DNA of 64,000 nt from Oopsacas minuta (lineage: Eukaryota > Animalia > Porifera). Below the pieces are notes generated by a model. It saw only the letters and a list, made by a program, of their open reading frames with translations, had not been told where the DNA came from and searched no databases. Location: NCBI GenBank assembly GCA_024704765.1, contig JAKMXF010000210.1, positions 658,286 through 722,285 on the forward strand, read 5' to 3'. The position numbers and the translations under genes were made by a program. Shown here in pieces: positions 61,338 through 64,000 of this stretch; within the stretch, counting starts at the first letter, position 1; the number at the start of each line of letters is the position of its first letter.

Positions 61338-63320
61338 ATGGATACTGAATCAAAATCACTCTTTAATCAGGAATTTTCAATGGCTGTGGCTAGAAACTCA
61401 GTTATTTCAGTTGAACCAAATGAGGTTCTGTTTCGTAACTATAAGCTAGGCCAGCCGATCACTCATCTTTTACATATTATTAACACATCTGGCAGAGAAC
61501 AGAGATTTCACATCCTACCCTTGGAGACAGGGCCATTCTCCCTTAAGTATGAAAAGAAACAGAACCTCCTTCCGGGAATGAACCAAACAATTCAGGTCAA
61601 ATTTACCCCAAAAGATTATTTACAATGCTTACAGACCTTACATATTAATTGTCCTAATGAAGAGAACTTATCTATCCCTATAACAGCCTTCCCGAGTCCT
61701 GAATTATCTGGCTTTCCCAATACTCTACATTTTGCAAACACTCCCATTCACACAAGTACTTCATTACAGTTTACATTAACTTCAGATATATTTATTCCTT
61801 TTAAGTTCGAAATGATTTTCAATCCACCATCAGAAGTGTTTTCAGTTCAGCCTTCTAGTGGGGAACTAACTGCAAAGGGAAGTATTGAGATTACTGTTAC
61901 TTTTAATCCCCAAAAATTGCGTACTTCTATTTCAAACCTTGAGTTAACTCTACCAGAGATTAACCCTAAAATCAAAGCCTGCTCTTGTACTGGCTCCTGT
62001 CTGCCCAATACAATTAATCTAACTGATAAGGTTATTTCTGAGAGAAAGTTACCATATATGGGCTTACAAAAGAAAGTGACAAAGCATAAATTTATCTCAC
62101 ATAGCAGGAGACAAAAAGCTCTTATATCTAAAAGAATAAGTGAATCCAAAGGAACTTCTCCTCCATCATTACGAGATAAAGAAAGAGATTTCCTGCTGGC
62201 TGTACTCCAAGGTAGGGAAGATGAGAAAATGAATCAACTAAAATGTTCAACGAATATTGGTTATCTTGCGCTTACTCAACCTGAGCTATCACAGCTGACT
62301 AATCAAAGAGAATTGAATACCTCACCTAAGTTTAGTACATCGAACCAAACACAAATAGGAAATGTGAAGTTAGAGAGAAATAATGAGAAATTACGTTCTG
62401 ATCATCACAAAATGATTCCTTACAGCGGTCAGGATCAGAGACTAAACTGGAGAGAGAAGAGAGAATTGTTATGCCGATTTTCCCTTGCTGCTAAACGAGT
62501 AGTTATACAACGACGTGCTGAGCGTAGACTCAAATGCATCAGAATATTCTTGCAACAAGTAAAAGACTTGGATCTGTCTAGAGATCAATATGATACAGTT
62601 TTTGCGAAACCTACACCTAAAAAAAGTCCAATAACATTATGTACACCAAATTTACCTATTCCATTTCTTTTAATCAGGGAAGAATGTAGCAAGAATAGTG
62701 CACCCAAAGTTCCATTTATTCCCTTTGAACTTGTCAGACCAGTTTGGGAGGTGGAAGAAGAAGAACCTATATTTCAGACTGTACCGCCAGATTATGCTCA
62801 GCAACAAAACTATAAGAAATTACCATTAGCTTCTGAGGACAATTACTTGCCTTACAATTTTGGCAAAAAGAAAAGAAAGGGAGCTGAACACGAATATGTA
62901 GGCATATTTACCGAGAAACGTGATGAAACTATTCCTAAAACTGAAGAAATTATTCGAAATCCTTCTCAGCCAATCTCCGAACACATATTGAATGAACAAG
63001 ACACTGTTTCCGTACTCGAGGAAGTAGAGTCTTATCAATCTCCAAAAATTGTACCTAACTCACCAGATGAGCTGCAAACAGAAATTTACCTACTAGAGGC
63101 TGCTCCATATATGAAAGGAAACGTTGAAGCATTTCCTACTGATGGACCACGAAAATTGGATATGAGAGAAAATTCTCCCATATTAGATATCGTTTCAGAA
63201 AATAACTCTCTTCCACCGGAACCAGAAAAGTATGTTCATATTGATCGAGAAGACGAAATTAATAAGATAGACCCAAAGCAACTCGAAAAAGGAAAAAGAT
63301 TAAATGAACTGAGGCACTGA
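61338..63320 (+). CDS. CFAP221: Cilia/flagella central-pair protein CFAP221 (PCDP1)
   Basis: Two N-terminal ASH/Ig-like domains (VEPNEVLF..LHIINTS..RFHILP..LLPG..IPITAFP); RFSLAAKRVVIQRRAERRL calmodulin-binding-like segment. Confidence 0.82.
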   Translation: MDTESKSLFNQEFSMAVARNSVISVEPNEVLFRNYKLGQPITHLLHIINTSGREQRFHILPLETGPFSLKYEKKQNLLPGMNQTIQVKFTPKDYLQCLQTLHINCPNEENLSIPITAFPSPELSGFPNTLHFANTPIHTSTSLQFTLTSDIFIPFKFEMIFNPPSEVFSVQPSSGELTAKGSIEITVTFNPQKLRTSISNLELTLPEINPKIKACSCTGSCLPNTINLTDKVISERKLPYMGLQKKVTKHKFISHSRRQKALISKRISESKGTSPPSLRDKERDFLLAVLQGREDEKMNQLKCSTNIGYLALTQPELSQLTNQRELNTSPKFSTSNQTQIGNVKLERNNEKLRSDHHKMIPYSGQDQRLNWREKRELLCRFSLAAKRVVIQRRAERRLKCIRIFLQQVKDLDLSRDQYDTVFAKPTPKKSPITLCTPNLPIPFLLIREECSKNSAPKVPFIPFELVRPVWEVEEEEPIFQTVPPDYAQQQNYKKLPLASEDNYLPYNFGKKKRKGAEHEYVGIFTEKRDETIPKTEEIIRNPSQPISEHILNEQDTVSVLEEVESYQSPKIVPNSPDELQTEIYLLEAAPYMKGNVEAFPTDGPRKLDMRENSPILDIVSENNSLPPEPEKYVHIDREDEINKIDPKQLEKGKRLNELRH

Positions 63321-63559
63321 ATCTAGTGAGAGATCTTATTTCAGTGAATAACAATAGTAGGTGATTATATGTGGTAATTGAATATTTATCTAATCCTCTC
63401 ATTAAGTCGGTAACAGTAATTACAATATTATGTTAGCATTCTGTAAGGATAATTTATAAAGAGCTCAAGGGTACATTCCTCTAAATAACAAAGGTATCTA
63501 AATGAACAGAATATTCTAGCTGAGAAGTGAGTGAAATGGTGGGGATCTGTGTATCTAGG

Positions 63560-64000
63560 TATCTAAGGAAGTGAACTACCTTCAGGGCAAGTGGAGTTTT
63601 GCCTGGACTAGTTATTACTTGAACGGCGGGACCAGGAGAGTGTGTTTGAAAGTAGAGACTAGTTATCTAAGGAAGTGAACTACCTTCAGGGCAAGTGGAG
63701 TTTTGCCTGGACTAGCTATAACTTAAAGGGACTTTGGCATGATTATCTAAGTAGACTTTGTGGATAGCAGTGAAGGATTTTGATTTGATTGTACTATTTT
63801 TGGATCTGTATAAAGCTGTGGGTGGATGAGAGTATATAGAACTGGCTAAGAAGATGTTAAGATGTTAGACTATGGGCTTTGCCATGATTATCTAGCCTCG
63901 GTTTGCTCAAGGGGGGGAAACAGTGTATTTGAGTAGACTTTGTGGATAGCAGTGAAGGATTTTGATGTGATTGTAGAAGAATCTGGATAGCAGTGAAGGA
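63560..64000. repeat. Mosaic repeat region running off the window end
   Basis: Exact 52-nt duplicate (63560-63611, 63664-63715); 44-nt near-duplicate (63750-63793, 63932-63975) with a third partial copy (63984-64000); 18-nt near-duplicate (63732, 63877). Confidence 0.85.

Noticed and set aside
268-62149. Many short ORFs antisense to or out of frame with real genes (e.g. 268-534, 3198-3599, 10244-10486, 15902-16222, 30532-30861, 50417-50755, 59679-60089, 61847-62149)
   Set aside because: Shadow ORFs of conserved CDSs with no recognisable motifs.
63560-63715. Repeat-spacer-repeat pattern resembling CRISPR
   Set aside because: Eukaryotic context, 52-nt repeat, only two copies, no cas genes.

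Overview
Eukaryotic (metazoan) nuclear DNA from a very compact, AT-rich genome. I read about 32 protein-coding genes in 64 kb. Most introns are 49-70 nt GT-AG, many large genes are intronless (POLE, PLC-gamma, MMS22L), and intergenic spacers are often under 250 nt. Gene content (nanos, INF2, talin-like, PLC-gamma, NHL protein) and architecture suggest an early-branching animal such as a hexactinellid sponge; this is inference only. Gene order: GFOD, AFF (10 exons), TM2-domain, EFCAB2, kinesin-DEP-ankyrin (11 exons, with antisense HIGD2-like and copine-like genes nested in introns), 2 dispanins, RASSF, RBM5/10, PLCG, talin-head-only FERM, PCTP, NBN, TYW2, SWAP70-like, Cys-rich secreted orphan, TMEM177-like, MMS22L, uronyl/HS 2-O-sulfotransferase, NHL protein, POLE, CNC/Maf-like 1, INF2 (with antisense CNC-like 2 nested in its intron), SLC22, UBAP1, PPP2R3C, SPRYD3-like, nanos, CFAP221, then a terminal mosaic repeat. 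Main leads: (1) 17 of 32 start codons have an acceptor-like YAG within 9 nt upstream, alongside a 13-gene same-strand run with tiny spacers, suggesting spliced-leader trans-splicing and operons; (2) a kinesin-coiled coil-DEP-ankyrin protein; (3) a TMEM177 homolog with an intact M48 HExxH protease site; (4) three antisense genes nested in the three longest introns; (5) a rod-less talin head. All gene models and counts were made by hand without database searches. No tRNA, rRNA, CRISPR array or recognisable transposase was seen.
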